This document shows, piece after piece, positions 1 through 10,664 of a DNA stretch of 64,000 nucleotides. Each line of letters opens with the position of its first letter. Position 1 is the first letter of the stretch. Location: the NCBI GenBank assembly GCA_965223705.1, contig OZ245015.1, positions 3,200,001-3,264,000 on the forward strand, read 5' to 3'. Source of the stretch: Myxococcota bacterium. GTDB taxonomy: Bacteria; Myxococcota_A; UBA9160; UBA6930. The notes beneath the pieces are model-generated. The model was not told the DNA's origin. It was given only the letters and a program-made list of their open reading frames with translations, and searched no databases. The position numbers and the translations under genes were made by a program.

Positions 1-787
1 AGGCGAGCTCGTCCTCGCCCTGCCAGGCGATCCCGCCGAACCGAGGCAGGTGCCGCTGAAGAAACTCGAGCACGTCGGTCGCGGGCGTGATCGGGTAGCC
101 GGCCATGAATCGGCCTCCCGCTACCATGAAGCCCATCCCGATCGCCTCGTTTCCCGTCATCAGCAAGCGTTCGCCGATATCGCCGCGCTCGAGTTCGAAG
201 AAGCCACCGTCACTGGTGAAGCCCATGGAATCTGCCAGCTCGTAGCCCAGGTCGAGCGCCTTCACGTTCTGCTCGACGATGGCATCGCCGAGGCGTTTGA
301 AGCGGTGGCGGAATTCCGTGCGGACGTCATCGTCGGGAATGCTGAGAATCCGCGTGACCACACCCGTCGAAATCGAGTTCTTGTAGAGGATGCGTCCCAG
401 TCGACGCACCGCGAGGCGACCGAACGGGGCGGTCACCACCTTGACGTCGTCGGAGATCACGCCTTGGGGCATCGGGCCGTCGGACTCGTCGTAGACGAGG
501 ACCGAGTCCGAACCGAGCCTGCGAGCGACGGCGCGAAGCCCCTCTTCGTCCATGATGATTGCGAGTTGAAGATGGTCGCGAACCACCAATCGCTCGCGGA
601 CACACGCACGAAGGCTCGCCGCCGCCTTACCGCCCTTGATGCGGGACAACACGTCGCGTTCCGTGTACACGCCCATTCCGCGATCGCGCAACAAGTCGCC
701 CAGCATGTTCGTCACGGTCAACGAGCCGTCTCCGCCTTGGCCGGAGACCACCAGATTGACGTCGTCGATGCGAATCGGATCGCTCAC
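1..787 (-). CDS. 2-oxoacid:acceptor (ferredoxin) oxidoreductase alpha subunit, gamma-alpha fused type; partial, runs off the window start
   Basis: Not in the ORF track because it has no stop inside the window. Manual translation from GTG at 787 gives MSDPIRIDDVNLVVSGQGGDGSLT...SRIKGG...LMTGNEAIGMGFMVAGGRFMAGYPITPATDVLEFL...QGEDELA. GxGGxG, GNEA, GYPITP and EDE are OFOR-alpha motifs. It starts 2 nt after the upstream stop. Confidence 0.9.
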   Translation of the reverse strand, partial: MSDPIRIDDVNLVVSGQGGDGSLTVTNMLGDLLRDRGMGVYTERDVLSRIKGGKAAASLRACVRERLVVRDHLQLAIIMDEEGLRAVARRLGSDSVLVYDESDGPMPQGVISDDVKVVTAPFGRLAVRRLGRILYKNSISTGVVTRILSIPDDDVRTEFRHRFKRLGDAIVEQNVKALDLGYELADSMGFTSDGGFFELERGDIGERLLMTGNEAIGMGFMVAGGRFMAGYPITPATDVLEFLQRHLPRFGGIAWQGEDELA

Positions 788-789
788 GT

Positions 790-2031
790 CTACTTGTCCT
801 TCCCGCCTGCGACGGCGCCCTGAAAGTTCTTCGGATCGAGATCGCCACTCGCAACGCGCTCTTGCAGGGTCGGCAACTGCGCGGGCAGCGGCTTGTTCGC
901 CTTCTTCTTGCAAAGACGCCCGAGGAGCTTCTTCGCGCGCTCGGGGACTTCAATCGTCTCGATCGCGCCCGACGCGAGCAGCGACTGCGTGGCCTTGTGG
1001 CCCGCCTCCGTGCGCACGACGACGTAGGTCCAATTGTCGAGACCGATGCCGCCGACGCCGATGTCCGCCTGATCGCACGCATAGTCGGTGCAGTAGAGGC
1101 AAGCGGGCCGGGCGTACCTCTGATAGTCCGAGAGGGACAGGATTTCCTCGCGGCCACCTTTGAAGCGCACGATCACCTTGCCCTTGATGTTGATGTTCTC
1201 GATGTCCGTCAGCGGAACTCCGTAGTCTTCCGCGATCGAGGTGACGGACTCGAGCGTAAACGCCTCGGAGCAGAACAACCCGACGACAAGGGAGATGTTC
1301 TTCCGATACCACTTGTTCACTTCGAGACGAATCGAACTGTGTTGCTGCTGGCGTACCCCATTCACCTGGCAGGGCACCCCGACGACGGCGATGGGCTTGA
1401 TGTCGTTCTCCATGGCTTCTTTCAGCGCCATGGTGTTGGGTGAGTACGTGTAGCGGGAGCCGGCGCAATCCATCACTTGCTCGGCGTTGCGCGCCAGACG
1501 CTGGTAACCGAGTTGCGGATTGTCCTCGTACGTGTCGCCGAGTACCGCGCCCTCGATTTTTCCCTCGTTCAGCAAGTGGATCAGCAATTCGCTGGTGAAA
1601 CCACCGTCCTGAGTGGCCTTGACCATTCCGTCCTGCTTGCTTCGAGCCAAGAACTCGTAGCTGTAGGGACCGAAACCGTCGTCTTGTTGGGGTTTCCGCA
1701 AACCGATGACGTCGTTCGCGTCCGGATCCGGAGGCCGCAGCGAAGGACAGACGTCCGCGCACAGCACACACCGGACGCACGCCCCTTCGCGCGTGTCGAC
1801 CGGGCGCTCGTCGACGTAATCGAAAACGTCTGTCGGGCAAATCGTCACGCAGGCCGCGCACCCTACGCACTTTCCTGTCTCGACGATCTCCTCCATCAGG
1901 AAATCGACGGCGCGGAAGCCACCGCGGTTGAGCTCGGACCGCCAGGCGTAAGCCCAGTCGCCCGGGTCCTCTCCGCTATCTACAAGTGAGCGATACCGGG
2001 CCTTGATCTCGTCAGGTCGATCGGAATCCAT
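790..2031 (-). CDS. Coenzyme F420 hydrogenase/dehydrogenase beta subunit (FrhB/FdhB/FpoF) family protein with N-terminal 2x[4Fe-4S]
   Basis: Ferredoxin motifs [12 protein letters not shown] and [12 protein letters not shown]. FrhB-family motifs QDGG, GSRY, VGVPCQ, GLFCSE, CLYCTDY and ADIGVGG. Confidence 0.88.
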   Translation of the reverse strand: MDSDRPDEIKARYRSLVDSGEDPGDWAYAWRSELNRGGFRAVDFLMEEIVETGKCVGCAACVTICPTDVFDYVDERPVDTREGACVRCVLCADVCPSLRPPDPDANDVIGLRKPQQDDGFGPYSYEFLARSKQDGMVKATQDGGFTSELLIHLLNEGKIEGAVLGDTYEDNPQLGYQRLARNAEQVMDCAGSRYTYSPNTMALKEAMENDIKPIAVVGVPCQVNGVRQQQHSSIRLEVNKWYRKNISLVVGLFCSEAFTLESVTSIAEDYGVPLTDIENINIKGKVIVRFKGGREEILSLSDYQRYARPACLYCTDYACDQADIGVGGIGLDNWTYVVVRTEAGHKATQSLLASGAIETIEVPERAKKLLGRLCKKKANKPLPAQLPTLQERVASGDLDPKNFQGAVAGGKDK

Positions 2032-2217
2032 TCGGTTTTCATTCCCTGCGTGAAAATCGGGCTCTGGCCGCCCCTAAGCCTCGGAGCGGGCGTTCGCCGC
2101 GTCTGGAAACGGACGGAGCCCGGGCGGCGTAGTGTAACGGAGATTGATGCCCTCGGGGCCACCCCGGGGAAGCGGCTCCGAAAGTACCCTCGGGTAAGCT
2201 GGGGGTCGGGAGGCTTT

Positions 2218-3585
2218 GTGAGCGAAGCAGCATACGACCTATTCGTGATCGGTGCGGGATCGGGCGGAGTCCGAGCGAGTCGAATGTGCGCGGGCCTCGG
2301 CGCACGCGTCGCCGTCGCCGAGGAGCGCTACCTCGGGGGCACCTGCGTCAACGTCGGTTGTATCCCCAAGAAGCTCCTCGTCTATGCCTCCCACTTCCGA
2401 GAAGAGCGCGAACAGGCCATCCGGGGCTACGGGTGGAGTGTCGGCGAGGCGACAGCGGACTGGGCCACGCTCATCGCGAACAAAGACCGCGAGATCGCGC
2501 GCCTCAACGGAATCTATGGGGATCTCCTGGACGCCGCCGGCGTGACGCGGATCGAGGGCACGGCGCGGGTGCGGGGCCCACACGAGGTCGAGGTCGGCGA
2601 TCGGGTGATCCGGGCCGAACACATCCTCATCGCGAGCGGCGGCTGGCCCTCGGTCCCGGACATCCCGGGCATCGAGCACGCCATCACTTCCAATGAAGCC
2701 TTCCACCTCGAAAAGCTCCCCCGGCGCTCCGTGGTGGTCGGGGGCGGTTACATCGCCGTCGAGTTCGCCGGCATCCTCCACGGACTTGGCTCGGAGGTCA
2801 CCCAGCTCTACCGGGGCCCGCTGTTCCTGCGCGGCTTCGACGACGAAGTTCGTTCTCACCTCGCCGACGAGCTCCGAAAGCAGCGGCTCGATCTGCGGTT
2901 TGAGACCAACGTCGAGGCGATCCTGAAGCGCGAAGACGGTCTGCGCCTCGAGTTGACGGACGGCACGCACTTGGACACCGACGTGGTGCTCTTCGCTACC
3001 GGCCGGCATCCGAAGACGGCCGGGCTCGGCCTCGCGGAGGTCGGCGTCGAGACCGACGCGAGCGGTGCGATCCAGGTCGACGCGTACTCTCGGACGAACG
3101 TGCCCTCGATCTGGGCGATCGGGGACGTCACCAACCGCCTCAACCTGACGCCCGTCGCCATCCACGAGGGCATGTGCCTCGCGAAGACGTTGTTCGGCGG
3201 TGAGCCCACCGCGCCGGATCATCGCGACGTCGCCACGGCCGTCTTCAGCCAGCCTCCGATCGGAACCGTGGGTCTGACGGAGCAAGAGGCGGCCGCGCGG
3301 TTCCCGCGGCTCGACGTGTACACCTCGACGTTCCGGGCCCTAAAAGACACGCTGACGGGGAGCGACGCGAAGAGTCTCATGAAGCTGTTGGTCGATCCGG
3401 AAAGCGACCGGGTGGTCGGGCTTCACGTGGTCGGACCCGACGCGGGGGAAATGGTCCAAGGCTTTGCCGTCGCCGTGAAGTGTGGCGCCACAAAGGCGCA
3501 GTTCGACGCGACGATCGGAATTCATCCCACCGCTGCGGAAGAGCTCGTCACCATGCGCGAGCCCAGCCGACGCATCGGCGGGTAG
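2218..3585 (+). CDS. gor: Glutathione-disulfide reductase
   Basis: FAD motif GAGSGG, redox disulfide [24 protein letters not shown], and C-terminal [13 protein letters not shown] start at 2218 follows a GGAGG RBS. Confidence 0.93.
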   Translation: MSEAAYDLFVIGAGSGGVRASRMCAGLGARVAVAEERYLGGTCVNVGCIPKKLLVYASHFREEREQAIRGYGWSVGEATADWATLIANKDREIARLNGIYGDLLDAAGVTRIEGTARVRGPHEVEVGDRVIRAEHILIASGGWPSVPDIPGIEHAITSNEAFHLEKLPRRSVVVGGGYIAVEFAGILHGLGSEVTQLYRGPLFLRGFDDEVRSHLADELRKQRLDLRFETNVEAILKREDGLRLELTDGTHLDTDVVLFATGRHPKTAGLGLAEVGVETDASGAIQVDAYSRTNVPSIWAIGDVTNRLNLTPVAIHEGMCLAKTLFGGEPTAPDHRDVATAVFSQPPIGTVGLTEQEAAARFPRLDVYTSTFRALKDTLTGSDAKSLMKLLVDPESDRVVGLHVVGPDAGEMVQGFAVAVKCGATKAQFDATIGIHPTAAEELVTMREPSRRIGG

Positions 3586-3608
3586 CCAGAGCTTGCTATC
3601 CTCGGGCG

Positions 3609-4136
3609 ATGCGATTCCTTCGAACACTCGTCGCGTTGTTCGCCGCCGGGGCGGCCCAAGCCGCGGAAGTGCCCGAAGTCGGCACTAAAGCTCCCGCTTT
3701 CTCGCTGATGGGCTCGGACGGAAAGACCTATCGCCTGGCCGACTACGTGGGTCAGCGAGAAATCGTGCTCGCCTGGTTCCCGAAAGCGTTCACCCCTGGC
3801 TGAACCCGAGAGCTCACGGCGCTGCGTGACAGTGCCGACGACCTCGCCGCCTACGAAGCCGTCGTGTTCATGGTGAGCCTCGACTCGGCGGAAAAGAACG
3901 CCGAGTTCGCGAAATCGCTCGAAGCGCGTCACGTCCTGCTCTCGGATCCCGAGAAGAAGGCCGCGAAGGCCTATGGGGTGCTCGCACTGGGGGGCCTGTA
4001 CGCAAAGCGCTGGACGTACTACATCGATCGGGACGGCGTGGTTCAGGCGGTCGACAAAGACGTTTCGGTCGAGACCGCAGGGCAAGACATCGCCGCGAAA
4101 CTCGAGTCGCTGGGTTTTCAAAAACGGGAGAACTAA
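3609..4136 (+). CDS. Peroxiredoxin (BCP/PrxQ-like) with signal peptide; probable selenoprotein, Sec65 at TGA 3801-3803
   Basis: Track ORFs 3480-3803 and 3864-4136 share a frame. Read-through gives WFPKAFTPG-TGA-TRELTALRD, with TGA at the peroxidatic Cys of PxxxTxxC. The second half has Prx motifs LLSD, AYGV and RWTYYIDRDG. Confidence 0.9.
3814..3829 (+). promoter_or_regulatory. Candidate bacterial SECIS hairpin
   Basis: TCACG-GCGCTG-CGTGA: a 5-bp stem whose loop starts with G 16 nt after the TGA. Short and weak. Confidence 0.4.
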
Positions 4137-4762
4137 CCCCGTCCGATCAGCTGTTCCATTCGATGGGCATCGAATCCGCGCACCACTTCGCCGTCGATGA
4201 CGACGACGGGCACCGAAGTCCCGCCGCTGTGGCTGACGAGTTCTTTGCGATAGGCCTCGCTCGCCTCCACGTCCCGGTTCTCGTAGGCGATGCCCCGCTC
4301 ATCGAGCCACTCCACCGTCTTGCGGCACCAGCCGCACCACGGGGTCGTGTACACCGTAACGCTCGCACGAGCCGGTGCCGCAGCCGTCGCCGCAAAGGGG
4401 CGTGCCTTGGCCGCGGTCCGCGCCGCTTTGGGTCGAGGCGGTGCTTTCTCGACCTCGAGCCGGCCCACCTGATCGCGAAACTTCGCCGGCACCTCGTGCA
4501 TCGACTTCACGAAATGGACGCTTCCTCGGTCGTCCGTATATTGGAAGTACTCGGTTTTCCCAGGGCTCGATGTTGCCGAGGCGCTCTCGCCACCTTGAGA
4601 AGTGTCGTCTAGGACGCGCCCTGCGAACCCCTTGATCGCGTCGAGGGCGCCCTCGCCTTCGCCGGATGACGATTCGAGATTGAGAACGTTGCATGCGCTG
4701 AGCGCGAACGCGCAGGCACCGATTGCGATCGCACGGGTTAGACGAAAAGTGGCGAGCTGCAT
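4133..4762 (-). CDS. Glutaredoxin-domain lipoprotein (DUF4124-like N-terminal part plus Grx CGWC)
   Basis: Lipobox ALSAC. YQYTDDRGSVHF resembles DUF4124. YTTPWCGWC and SVPVVVIDG are glutaredoxin motifs. Confidence 0.8.
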   Translation of the reverse strand: MQLATFRLTRAIAIGACAFALSACNVLNLESSSGEGEGALDAIKGFAGRVLDDTSQGGESASATSSPGKTEYFQYTDDRGSVHFVKSMHEVPAKFRDQVGRLEVEKAPPRPKAARTAAKARPFAATAAAPARASVTVYTTPWCGWCRKTVEWLDERGIAYENRDVEASEAYRKELVSHSGGTSVPVVVIDGEVVRGFDAHRMEQLIGRG

Positions 4763-4996
4763 ACGGCACCTCCGAATCGGCCGGACATCCGCGGTATCGG
4801 CGATTTTGGCGGTGCGCTGGAGCGAGGGTGAAACGTCAACGCAGCGGGCGCGCAGGCGATCGGCAGCGCTAGTTCGTTTCGGCGCACCAGGCATCTGCGG
4901 TGGCGGAAAACGCGACGTCGTCGACCGATTCAGCGTGTCCCAAAACACCCCCGTCGCGCCATACGGCAGGTTACAATCTTCGCAGGAGGTTCCCCG

Positions 4997-5557
4997 GTGG
5001 CAAGACTCAGCACGCTCCCGCTCGACCAGCTCGGCGACGATCTGCGAAGTGTGATGCGAGAATACGACGTGGAGCTCGGCGGCTCGGGCTTCGTCCGGGT
5101 ACTCGCGCACGCTCCGGAGACGTTCCGGGCGTTTATCGATTATTACTTTCCGCTCGTGTCGGAAACTCGCGGCCGCGTCGACATGCGCCTCACGGAGCTC
5201 GCGCGGATCAAGGTGGCCGAACACAACGATTGCGATTTGTGACTGGGCGCCCGGTTTGCCTTGGCAAGGCAACAAGGTCTGACGGAAGCGATGATCGCCG
5301 AGCTACCCCGCTACCGAGACAGCGACGCGTTCACGCCCGCCGAAAAGGCGGCGATCGCACTGGCGGATACGCTCGCGGGCGATCACAAGGCCGCGTCCGA
5401 AGAGCTATTCGAGGAACTTCGAGAACACTACACCGAATCGGAAATCGTCGACCTCTCCTTCCGTATCACGGCGTTTATCGGCTACGGAAGAATGATTCGC
5501 GCCCTGGACCTCGAGATCGGCGAGACCTGTCCGATTCCGCCCGCTTCGAACGAATGA
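4997..5557 (+). CDS. AhpD/carboxymuconolactone decarboxylase family protein; probable selenoprotein, CxxU with Sec82 at TGA 5240-5242
   Basis: Track ORFs 4997-5242 and 5261-5557 share a frame, and the gap LGARFA is open. ELARIKVAEHNDCDL-TGA matches the AhpD CxxC motif. The downstream half (FTPAEKAAIALAD, LREHYTESEIVDL) is typical of the CMD family. AGGAGG RBS. Confidence 0.9.
5256..5272 (+). promoter_or_regulatory. Candidate bacterial SECIS hairpin
   Basis: Perfect 7-bp stem TTGCCTT-GGC-AAGGCAA, with the loop G 21 nt after the TGA. Confidence 0.6.
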
Positions 5558-5567
5558 GGAGATCATC

Positions 5568-6854
5568 GTGACCGCTTCTTTTGACCGCCTGGAAATCCAC
5601 AGTCCACAACGTTTGCTCGAATCGGGCTATCCGTGGCAGGACTTCGATCTCCTGCGCCGCGAAGCGCCCGTGTACTGGTACGAACACCCGGACGTCGAGC
5701 CGTTCTGGGCGATCACGAAGCACGAGGACGTGCAAACGATCTCCCGTCGTTCGGACATCTTCATCAATGGCGGTCCGAGGTTGCGGCTCACGCTGAAGGG
5801 ACAGACAGAGCCACTGCGCGGCGGGATCGATGAGTTCGGAAAGAAGCGCGGTTGGGATCCGGACGAGCCGCCGGACTTCGTGTTCATGGACGATCCGCGC
5901 CACAAGAAGTTCCGTTCCCTCGCGAGCCGCTCGTTTACCCCAGGCCGCCTGCGGTGTTCAGCGGAGCACTTCGCCAGCTTGGCCGAGGCGTTCACGGCGC
6001 GGTTCGCTGACCGGCTCAGCGCGGGCCCGTGTGATTTCGTCCCCGAACTCGCCACGAAGCTTCCGGTCGCCGCCATCTGCGAGATGATGGAGATGCCGGA
6101 AGACGTGTGGGAGAAACTGCTGGTCTGGACGAACGCCATCGTCGGCGACGTCGAGGAAATCGCGTTGCCCGGAGAGAGCAAAGAAGAAACGATGGCTCGC
6201 GCGATGAACGAGTTTCGCGCGTTCCTCGAGGGGTTCATTGCCGAGCGCAAAGCCAAGGACTCCCATCGGCCGGATTCTCTCGTCGACAACATCGTCGGTG
6301 GAAAGGTCGACGGAAAGGGACTCACCGATCAGCAGCTGATCGGCTACCTCCTACTCATAATCGGCGCCGGCAACGAAACGACTCGCAACGCCACGAGCGG
6401 TGGCGTCATCGCGCTCCTCGAGAATCCGGAACAGCGCGACCGCTTCTGCGCAGATCCTTCGCTCCTCGACACGACCATCGAAGAAATCCTCCGCTGGACG
6501 TCGCCGGTCTATCAGTTTCTGCGGACCGCCACCGAAGATTACGAACTCCGGGGTCAGAAAATCCGGGCGGGAGACACGGTGTGTGTCTTCTACGGTTCGG
6601 CGAACCGCGACGAAGACGTTTTCGACGACCCGTACCGCTTTGACGTCGGTCGCAGCCCCAACCCCCACCTCGCCTTCGGCGGCTACGGAGCACATTTCTG
6701 CCTCGGGGCGAACCTGGCGCGGGCGGAACTGCGTGCGGCGTTGACGGCACTGCGCCCGATCCTGCCGAAGATGGAGCTCGCCGGGCGACCGATACGCAAC
6801 CCGGACCTTCATGTGCCGGGCTACGTCTCGGTGCCGGTCCGCGCGGCCGCCTAG
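5568..6854 (+). CDS. Cytochrome P450
   Basis: I-helix AGNETT, ExxR motif EEILRW and haem-thiolate motif [20 protein letters not shown]. Confidence 0.95.
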   Translation: MTASFDRLEIHSPQRLLESGYPWQDFDLLRREAPVYWYEHPDVEPFWAITKHEDVQTISRRSDIFINGGPRLRLTLKGQTEPLRGGIDEFGKKRGWDPDEPPDFVFMDDPRHKKFRSLASRSFTPGRLRCSAEHFASLAEAFTARFADRLSAGPCDFVPELATKLPVAAICEMMEMPEDVWEKLLVWTNAIVGDVEEIALPGESKEETMARAMNEFRAFLEGFIAERKAKDSHRPDSLVDNIVGGKVDGKGLTDQQLIGYLLLIIGAGNETTRNATSGGVIALLENPEQRDRFCADPSLLDTTIEEILRWTSPVYQFLRTATEDYELRGQKIRAGDTVCVFYGSANRDEDVFDDPYRFDVGRSPNPHLAFGGYGAHFCLGANLARAELRAALTALRPILPKMELAGRPIRNPDLHVPGYVSVPVRAAA

Positions 6855-8533
6855 AACAAACCCTCGATCTGTCCTTTGGCGTCGAGCCCGATGTGGTTCG
6901 CGGCCGGCTCTCGGGGGAGACCGGGCATCGTCATGATGTCGCCGCAAATCGCGACGATGAACTCGGCGCCAGCCGCCAAGCGGACTTCGCGGACCGGAAC
7001 GGCGTGATGGCTGGGCGCACCGAGCAGTTTGGGATCCGTTGAGAAGCTGTACTGCGTTTTCGCCATGCACACCGGGAAGTGGCCGAAGCCGTCTCGCTCG
7101 AGCCGGCGCAGCTCGTCGCGCACCTTCTTGTCCCCGATCGCTTCGTCCGCTCCGTAGACGCGCGTCGCAACGGTGTTGATCTTTTCCCAGAGCGGGAGCT
7201 CATCGTCGTAAAGCGGGGCGAACTGACTCCCGGACCGCTCGGTCAACGCGACGACTTCGCGCGCGAGCTCCTCGGCGCCGGCCCCGCCGTCGGCCCAGTG
7301 CGTGCAGGGCACCGCCCGAGCACCGGCTTCGGCGACGGCGTCCTCGAGGACGCGCCGCTCTTCCTCGGTATCTCCTGAGAACCCATTCACCGCGACCAGG
7401 ACGGGGACCCCGAACGACTTCACGTTGCGGATGTGACGAACGAGGTTCGCGGTGCCCTTGCGCACCGCTTCGGCGTCGGGTCGCGTCAGCTCCCCGAGTG
7501 CTATGCCGCCATGCATTTTCAGGGCGCGGATCGTCGCAACGATTACCGCGAGTTCCGGTTTCAGTCCTGCCTTCCGGCACTTGATATTGAAAAACTTCTC
7601 CGCACCGAGGTCCGCGCCGAACCCGGCCTCGGTCACGACATAGTCAGCCAGCTTGAGCCCCGCCTTCGTCGCGATCACCGAGCTGCAACCGTGAGCGATA
7701 TTCGCGAAGGGACCGCCGTGGATGATGGCGGGATTTCCCTCGAGGGTCTGGACGAGGTTCGGCATGAGCGCATCGCGCAGCAGGGTGGTCATCGCCCCCG
7801 CGGCTTCCAGCTGCTCCGCCGTGACGGGCTCGCGTTTGCGGGTTCTTGCGACGACGATATTGCCGAGTCGTCGGCGGAGATCTGCGAGGTTCTCGGCCAG
7901 ACACAGAATCGCCATCACTTCCGATGCGACGGTGATGTCGAAACCATCTTCCCGGGGATAACCGTTGCCAAGCCCGCCGAGCGCGACGTTCACCTGGCGT
8001 AGCGCGCGGTCGTTCATGTCGAGCACGCGCCGCCACGAAACGCGTCGCAAGTCGATCCCTTGAGCGTTGCCCCAATTGATGTGATTGTCGATCAACGCGG
8101 CCAACAGGTTGTGCGCCGCCGTAATCGCGTGGAGGTCTCCGGTGAAGTGGAGATTGATGTCCTCCATGGGGACGACCTGGGCGTAGCCCCCTCCCGCCGC
8201 ACCGCCTTTCATGCCGAAACACGGACCGAGGCTCGGCTCCCGCAGCGCCGTGAGCGCGCGCGCGCCGATTCGGTTCAGGCCGTCGCACAGCCCGACGGAG
8301 GTCGTCGTCTTACCCTCGCCGGCCGGCGTCGGTGTCATTCCTGTGACGAGAATGAGCTTCCCGTCGGGTCGGCCTTCCTGCTCCTCGAGAAAGTCGAAGC
8401 CGATCTTGGCCTTCGTGTGTCCGTAGGGAATGAGCGCTTCAACGGGAATTCCCAACCCGTCGCCGATCTCCTGGATGGGCCGCAGCGTGGCATCGCGCGC
8501 GATCTCGATGTCCGGCGGAACTTGGTCCGGCAC
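6851..8533 (-). CDS. fhs: Formate--tetrahydrofolate ligase
   Basis: Motifs [49 protein letters not shown] and MTMPGLP. Confidence 0.97.
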   Translation of the reverse strand: MPDQVPPDIEIARDATLRPIQEIGDGLGIPVEALIPYGHTKAKIGFDFLEEQEGRPDGKLILVTGMTPTPAGEGKTTTSVGLCDGLNRIGARALTALREPSLGPCFGMKGGAAGGGYAQVVPMEDINLHFTGDLHAITAAHNLLAALIDNHINWGNAQGIDLRRVSWRRVLDMNDRALRQVNVALGGLGNGYPREDGFDITVASEVMAILCLAENLADLRRRLGNIVVARTRKREPVTAEQLEAAGAMTTLLRDALMPNLVQTLEGNPAIIHGGPFANIAHGCSSVIATKAGLKLADYVVTEAGFGADLGAEKFFNIKCRKAGLKPELAVIVATIRALKMHGGIALGELTRPDAEAVRKGTANLVRHIRNVKSFGVPVLVAVNGFSGDTEEERRVLEDAVAEAGARAVPCTHWADGGAGAEELAREVVALTERSGSQFAPLYDDELPLWEKINTVATRVYGADEAIGDKKVRDELRRLERDGFGHFPVCMAKTQYSFSTDPKLLGAPSHHAVPVREVRLAAGAEFIVAICGDIMTMPGLPREPAANHIGLDAKGQIEGLF

Positions 8534-8732
8534 AGAGCCTCCTCAACTTGCCCCCCGGATACGATAGCTCCGCGGTGATCCGAAGAACGGGCTCTCCTGA
8601 CGCGATGTCCCGGCGATCACTGCACAGACGGCGGGCAGGTACTGATCGCTCTTTAGGCGAGCTCACCTGTGAGCGTGCGAGACTGCGCGCACGAGCTTGG
8701 CTCGTTTCTTGCTGCTTGGAATCACCGGGCGC

Positions 8733-8814
8733 GGCGCCCGTGGATTCCGAATGCGTGAGCGGCCTCACTCCCCTCCCCTCGAGCGTGGTTCGCCCCTGGA
8801 TTTCCACGGGCGCC
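8733..8814. repeat. 12-bp perfect inverted repeat in the 300-bp intergenic region upstream of fhs
   Basis: GGCGCCCGTGGA (8733-8744) pairs with TCCACGGGCGCC (8803-8814). Confidence 0.6.
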
Positions 8815-8831
8815 ATCTCTTTGGGTAGGGG

Positions 8832-10544
8832 TTACGCGCTTCCGTGTCGCAGGAGCTTACCGGGCGTCGAGCCCGTGCAGTCGCCCTCTTGGAACGTCAC
8901 CTCTCCGTTGACCATGATCCAGCGGTAGCCCGTCGCCTTGCGGATTCTCCGCCACTCGTTCGCCGGAAAATCGTGCGCGACTTCCGGATCGGTCGCCTGG
9001 AGGCTTTCGAAGTCGTAAATCACGAGGTCGGCGGGTCGACCTTCCGCGATCGTCCCGCGATCGTTGAAGCCCGCCATCTCCGAAGGAAGACCCGACAACC
9101 GGTAGTGCGCTTCCTCGAGGCTCATCATGTCCCGGTCCCGCACGAAGTCGGAAATGAACTCCGTCGTGAAAGCGCCGAGGGTGACGAACTTCGTGTGCGC
9201 TCCGCCGTCGGACACGCCGGGCACGGTGTACTTCGATTCGAAGATCTCGCGGTTGAGGTCCGTATCCGTGTTGAAGGGGGGCGTGAAGATCGTGGTTTGC
9301 AGCTTCTCATCGACGACAAGGTCGAGGAAAGCGTCGATCGGGTGCCGACCCTGGGCCTCTCCGAGCTGCTGCAGGTTCATCCCTTCCCACTTCTTGTTCT
9401 CGGCCTTGACCGTCTCGAGAACGGTGAACTCGCGAATCGGACCACACGCGACGGGCATGCGGCCGTGATCGTAGTCGTGCCGCAGACCTTCGCGAAGCGC
9501 GGGATCCTGCATCTTCTGCATCCGCTCTTCGACCGTGCCGAGGGTGACTTCCCGCCAGTCATCCTGTCCGTCGAGCAGGTTGAAGTCTTCGAACGTGTAC
9601 GTCAGGTCGTTCGGCGCCGTGGCCGCCTGCAAGTAGATCTTTATGCCCTGCTTCTGACACTCCTCGGCCCAATCGAGCAAGCGCCGGCTCTGGTGCGGGT
9701 GATAGTTGTTTGCGGCGACGACGTTGAAGAGAATCGGACCTCCGGAGCGCTCACCGAGTTTCGCCAAGAACTTGAGATCCTCGCGGAAGTCGTCTTTCGC
9801 CTGGGTGATCTGGATGTGGCCTCCGCCGCGCTTCTTCAGCACGTCGGCGAAGGCAAAGCACGTCTCATCGCTCATGCAGTCGGTCACCATCGGCGAACCG
9901 TCGAAGTCGCGCTGGACGGACGTAAAGCCGTCTCCCAGACGCTGGACGGACCAACCGCACGCGCCAGCGTCGAGGCCCGCCTCGAGAAGGCGACACATCT
10001 CCGCGAGCTCCTCGGCCGTGGGCTCGCGCTTCTTCGCGTCTTCGAGACCCATCACCCAGATCATCAGCGGGCCGACCGGAACGTACGAAATGACGTTCAC
10101 ACCCTTGGGCATACGTTCGAGAGAATCGAGCCATTCGGGGAAGGTCACCCAATCCCAGAGCATGCCCGCCTTCATCGAGTCGAAGGGGATCGCCTCGACA
10201 CGCGACATGCTGAGCATGGCGCGGTCGCGATTCTCAGGCGTAACCGGAGCGAAGCCAAAGCCGCAATTGCCGAGCACGAGCGACGTCACGCCGTGCCAAC
10301 CGGAGAGCGTGCAGTAGGGATCCCACTGGATCTGCGCGTCGTAGTGCGTGTGCAGGTCGACGAAGCCCGGCGCGACGACGAGGCCTTCCGCGTCGAGTAC
10401 GCGATCTGCATCGGCCGGGTCGAGGGACGACCGGGAAATCGCCGCGACCTTTCCGTCTCGGATCGCCAGGTCTCCGCGGAAGCGCGGGGCGCGGGTCCCG
10501 TCCACGATGGTGCCGTTCTGAATGATGGTGTCGTACTGGGCCAT
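8832..10544 (-). CDS. N-acyl-D-amino-acid deacylase family amidohydrolase
   Basis: Motifs PGFVDLHTHYDAQ, HGVTSLVLGNCG, SDGGAH and DRGTIAEGRPADLV. Confidence 0.9.
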   Translation of the reverse strand: MAQYDTIIQNGTIVDGTRAPRFRGDLAIRDGKVAAISRSSLDPADADRVLDAEGLVVAPGFVDLHTHYDAQIQWDPYCTLSGWHGVTSLVLGNCGFGFAPVTPENRDRAMLSMSRVEAIPFDSMKAGMLWDWVTFPEWLDSLERMPKGVNVISYVPVGPLMIWVMGLEDAKKREPTAEELAEMCRLLEAGLDAGACGWSVQRLGDGFTSVQRDFDGSPMVTDCMSDETCFAFADVLKKRGGGHIQITQAKDDFREDLKFLAKLGERSGGPILFNVVAANNYHPHQSRRLLDWAEECQKQGIKIYLQAATAPNDLTYTFEDFNLLDGQDDWREVTLGTVEERMQKMQDPALREGLRHDYDHGRMPVACGPIREFTVLETVKAENKKWEGMNLQQLGEAQGRHPIDAFLDLVVDEKLQTTIFTPPFNTDTDLNREIFESKYTVPGVSDGGAHTKFVTLGAFTTEFISDFVRDRDMMSLEEAHYRLSGLPSEMAGFNDRGTIAEGRPADLVIYDFESLQATDPEVAHDFPANEWRRIRKATGYRWIMVNGEVTFQEGDCTGSTPGKLLRHGSA

Positions 10545-10664
10545 GGGGTCTCCTGAGGATCCGCCGGCGGCAGGCGCACGGGCGGGAGGTTGGAGTCATC
10601 GTAGTCCTCGGCCTATGATCCGTAAACACTGTCAATGCGATCGTTACGATCGGTTTTTCGATTA

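Noticed and set aside
2050..2217. N-terminal extensions given by the ORF track (gor 2050, ACADs 23163 and 54612, bEBP 44256, AKR 62339 and others)
   Set aside because: The extensions lack family similarity and overlap neighbouring genes. Later starts with an RBS, stop-start overlap or -10 box fit better.
8844..10556. Long antisense ORFs (e.g. 8844-10556 +, 18105-19796 +, 12724-14088 -, 45709-47442 +, 57328-58662 -)
   Set aside because: Shadow frames of well-supported genes, expected in high-GC DNA, with no recognisable motifs.
10640..10663. LysR binding box (ATCG-N6-CGAT) between the deacylase and LysR
   Set aside because: Plausible position, but the spacing does not fit T-N11-A cleanly; too weak to list.
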